From contig NW_015161413.1 of NCBI RefSeq assembly GCF_001447785.1, forward strand, positions 103,045 to 167,044: a stretch of 64,000 bases of DNA, read 5' to 3'. The DNA comes from Gekko japonicus (lineage: Eukaryota). The notes beneath the pieces are model-generated. The model saw only the letters and a program-made list of their open reading frames with translations. It was not told the origin of the DNA and did not search any database. Positions 59,966-64,000 of this stretch are shown one piece after another. How positions within the stretch are numbered: the first letter of the stretch is position 1; each line of letters begins with the position of its first letter. Made by a program: the position numbers and the translations under genes.

Positions 59966-61499
59966 CCTAATAGAAAGTATTGCATGAATTTTGTTCTTGG
60001 TTTTGAATTTTGCATGGACCAATATCGCTACACAACGGCTTCTTCTTCAAAGTGCCATCCAAAGCAGAGTTGACTTTAGTGGACCTTGAGGGCACTCACA
60101 TTGGCACGGTCAATGATCTTCCTGGCTGGATGTAGATTCAACCAAGGATCCTAGTGCTACAGACAGAGGGTCACTCGGGAGGGACCGGTCACTCTCTGAA
60201 CAAGCTCTCAGCCTTGGCTTTAGTGCTGCTGTAATCATGTTCTTATCCTTCCCTTAAAAGGTTCCGCAGCAACCTCTCCCCTTTCTTGTGTGAAGGAGGT
60301 GGCAGCACACACATGTATCCACCTTTGCTCTGGATGGGTGAACAGCAGCACCAACACCTTTTCCCATCCACCCCAGTACAAACACACACACGCACACACA
60401 CACCCTGTTCTGGAAGGGAAAGGAGTTTGCTATTGACCCTTTCCCCCACTATCAAAACTGCTCTTTGCCTCTTCCAGGGAAAACACCGAGGTAACAATAT
60501 ACGTATATTTCTTCCCATGCAGAGCAAGTTACGCTGGGGGTTTGCTTTAGGACAACAGTAGAGGGAAAACTTCCCCACTTGAGCACTGCCGACCTGCTCT
60601 GAAACATGGCCAGTTTTTGACACATTTTATGACTGGCTCCACACACCAAGCCACCGTTTGGTGACTGGTAGTTCCCAAGGCTCTTTTTAATTAAAAAAAA
60701 AAATACTAAGTTGCTCCCAGAAACATAAAGCTCACCCTCCCCTGCACTACACCACACTGTCTCTTGGGTGGATTGGTGGGTGAGTGGGCATGTCGGTCAT
60801 TTTACCAGTTATGGAGTGGCAAGACCAAGGGCTACAGTCCTCACAACCCTCTGATCAATGCTGAATTCACAGGCCACATTTTAAAGAAAGACTTCAAACA
60901 GCTTGGGTATACATCTACAAATGCAGTGTGCGAAGTGGCCCTCATTCTAATAGGCAAAAAGACTATTCATCTGATTGTCATTGCTCCAGCGACAGATTTA
61001 GCCACAGTAGCATTTATATTATTACCAGGCCAAGACCTTGAGGTGCTAAATTGGCTTGAAGAGTCTGCTTACAGATACCTGATTGGAGCTATCCAGGCTG
61101 TTCGGAAAGTACATTTCCATAGGCGCTTTTGTAATGTTCATTCCCCTCCCTTCTCTTCATCACATTTAAAATTAACTCACCACTCTCACCTATACTTAAG
61201 CACAATCTGTTACCATGGAAACAGGGCAGCAGAACCTAAATGTGGCATCTGATGCAAGCAGCCCCCAAATGCTGTGTATGGGAAGCAATGACATCCCTAA
61301 AGGCCCTTCAGATAGAGCTGAAGGGGAACCATCTAACAAGCCTGTTGCACCCCCAGGCAGAGGACAGAATCAGTGCTTCCATACTGGCCCATACAAATGA
61401 ATGATTCATTAATTAGACTGTAGTCTTCATGAATTAATAAAAATACTCTTCCCACCTGGCACTTCACACATCATGCCACATGCTTGCTGATGATTAGCA

Positions 61500-61824
61500 C
61501 ATGGAATTCACTGTCACAGGAGGTGGTGGCAGCTACGAGCATGAATGGCTTCAAGAGGGAATTAGATAAACATATGGAGCAGAGGTCAATCAGTGGCTAT
61601 TAGCCACAAGGTATTGGTAGGAACTCTCAGTCTGGGGCAAGTGATGCTCTTTATTCTTGGTGCTGGGGAGGGGGCAACAGTGGGAGGGCTTCTAGTGTCC
61701 TGGCCCCACTGCTGGACCTCCTGATGGCACCTGGTATTTCTGGCCACTGTGTGACAGAGTGTTGGACTGGATGGGCCATTGGGCTGATCCAACATTGGCT
61801 TCTTTTATGTTTTTATGTTCTTAT
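61500..61824 (+). mobile_element. CR1 3' fragment
   Basis: tggaattcactgtcacaggaggtggtggcagct..ggcttcaagaggg..ttatgttctta. Confidence 0.85.
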
Positions 61825-61973
61825 AGGGGAAAGTGGTGTGTGCACTTGTCATAGCAAGTAGCCCTCATGTTTTGGCGCACAGTGCATGTTTCCACTAGCT
61901 CATGAACAGAGCTATCCCTAGGGGACTCTTACTGTGGGATGTGACACAGGATGCTCACTGCCCTTCCTGTGAG

Positions 61974-62194
61974 AGCCAGTGTAGTGTACTGGATAGAGCA
62001 ATGGACTAACATCAGGGGAAACCCATGTTTGAGTCCCCACTTCTACCATGGGAACTTGCTGGGTGACCTTTGGCCCATCACAAACTCTCAACTTGGATCT
62101 ACCTTACAGGGCTGTTGTCGTGAGGAAAATGGAGGAGGGTAGAGCGCTGTTCCAAAAGCCGCTTTCAGTCCCAGCTGAGGAGAAAAGCTGGATA

Positions 62195-62225
<31 letters not shown>

Positions 62226-62226
62226 A
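61974..62226 (+). mobile_element. tRNA SINE (Squam3/MIR-like) with (TAAA)n tail
   Basis: gccagtgtagtgtactggatagag head; (aaat)n tail. Confidence 0.7.
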
Positions 62227-62314
62227 TGCAAATATCTCATTCTAGGACTGCCCACTTTTGATTAAAAAGAAAAACTTCTCTCCCCTCCCTGTGGATCCAA
62301 TGGTGGAGACAGAA

Positions 62315-62600
62315 AAGGAGGAGGAAGAAGAAGATGATGATGAAGAGATTGGATTTATACCTTGCCCTTTACTTGGAGTCTCAGAGCAGCTTATAGTCTC
62401 CTTTCCCTTCCCCTCCCCACAACAGACACCCTGTGAGGTAGGTGGGGCTGAGAGAGCTCTCTGGAGAACTGCCCTTGAGAGAACAGCTTTGAGAGAACTT
62501 GTGACTGACCCAAGGTCACACCAGCAGCTGCATGTGGAGGCGTGGGGAATCAAACTCATTTCTCCCAGATTAGAGTTTGTGCTCTAAAGCACTACCCCAA
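62315..62600 (-). mobile_element. Squam3-like SINE
   Basis: gattggatttatacc...ggggaatcaaactc..tctcccagattagag. Confidence 0.85.
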
Positions 62601-64000
62601 AAGGTCAAACTGGAGCATAATTTTTCACTCATGGGAATGACCTTGAAGGAAAACAAGGTATTGGGTGGAACCGTGCTGTGATGGAGCCAGGGGTAGAGCC
62701 TGGTATAATCTGGAATTGACTGGTTTTTCAAACACTGGTACCAGTTGCCTGGGAAGCCATGGTTTTAGTGGTCAGACTTCTCAGCCCTAACCCTCCCTGG
62801 CCATGTTCCCTTTACCCTCCCATTTTGACTTTGTACCACACAAGGCAGCTGGCAGAGCTACACTGCAATTTTGTTCGACAGTGATGCGGCACTCCTTCGT
62901 GTTACCTGCGCAAGTGAAGCGAGTCCGACTTGCCTCAGAAACATGGATTGTGCCCTAAAAGGGATTTCTAATTAAAACAGCCTGGTCATGTTTTGCAGTA
63001 TTAAATACCACATTGCTACTAAGTGTGCAGTGGTTTCAGCAGTTCCCTTTGCAATATGGCAACTTTGCTCTCAGCTCTGACTTGTAGTGTAAGCCACGGA
63101 AAACCCACTTTACAAAAAGTAAGGCAGGGCTCAGTCTTCCCACTCACTCTTGCAGGGCCGCACAGGCCGAAGTTACGCATTTTGCCATGACAATTAACCC
63201 CTTCTCCTGCTAGGCTCACAAATGGAACCAAAAGCCTGAACTGTTGGAATAGCTGTGGATTTAAAATTAAAATTAAAAAAAAAAAAAAGAGCAAGGGAAT
63301 TAGCTCTCCAGGTTGCCTTTTGCTCAGGCTTTCCTGCCTATGCTCACGAAGGACCGAAATTCTAACAGCAAGCTTTCCCAATTTTATATTCATCACCCTT
63401 GCAGAGAAAAATAACCTAAAAGTGACCACAGGCTCCATCGGGGTCCCTCCCCCCCCCCCCTACCACTTCAACAAATGCATTCTGCCACTTAGGACCCCTG
63501 CAGACTTCACTTCTTTCCGATAACACTTTAGATGGGGAGTGCTTCATTTTTCTACAGACAACACTTCCTCAACCTTTCAGCTCCCTGGTGCTAAAGCACT
63601 AAAACTGGAAGTGGAGGAATCAGGGCTACCAAAAGGGGGGTGCGGGAATTAAGGGCCTTGTTGACAGAACTGTTGACAGAACGGATACAGGCAGGAGGTC
63701 ACACCTCCTGGCTCCTTCCCGAAGTAAAATCACCACTTCTGAACAGAGTACATGAATGAAAACTGTCAGGGATGGATTGGGATGCTGAATTCTCGCAGAG
63801 ACCTGGACTGCAAGGACAACCTCCCAGTGCTAAGCAAGCTCACCTGGCAATCCAAGACTGATCAGCATGGTTAGGGGTCTGACATCTGTCTGTGGGTATA
63901 ACATGCAGCTTTGTGGTCCATTTCTGCCTATCATGCTTTTTGGACCCCAAACTGAGAGATCCCCTGCCAAGCTGCCAAGTCAGTTCACCCTGCCTTGGCC

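Overview
Vertebrate, very probably squamate (likely gecko), nuclear DNA. The evidence is Sauria-type SINEs, gecko Squam3-like tRNA SINEs, 5S-headed SINEs, Bov-B, CR1, L2 and Penelope-like repeats. No host protein-coding exon could be recognised, so the window looks intronic or intergenic. It is dominated by layered transposable elements, many with readable target-site duplications (TSDs): a CR1 interrupted by a U6-snRNA/SINE fusion and a solo LTR; six clear and one probable solo LTR of apparently different families; hAT- and Harbinger-type MITEs; a near-complete Bov-B spanning two assembly gaps; a TSD-bounded 2-kb L1-type element with one ORF and no reverse transcriptase (RT); a Penelope-like element with two tandem minimal hammerhead ribozyme motifs; and a CpG-rich chimeric SINE with a Sauria head and an L2/Squam3-type tail. 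Family names come from recalled consensus motifs, not database searches. Almost all ORFs in the supplied track are TE fragments or spurious.
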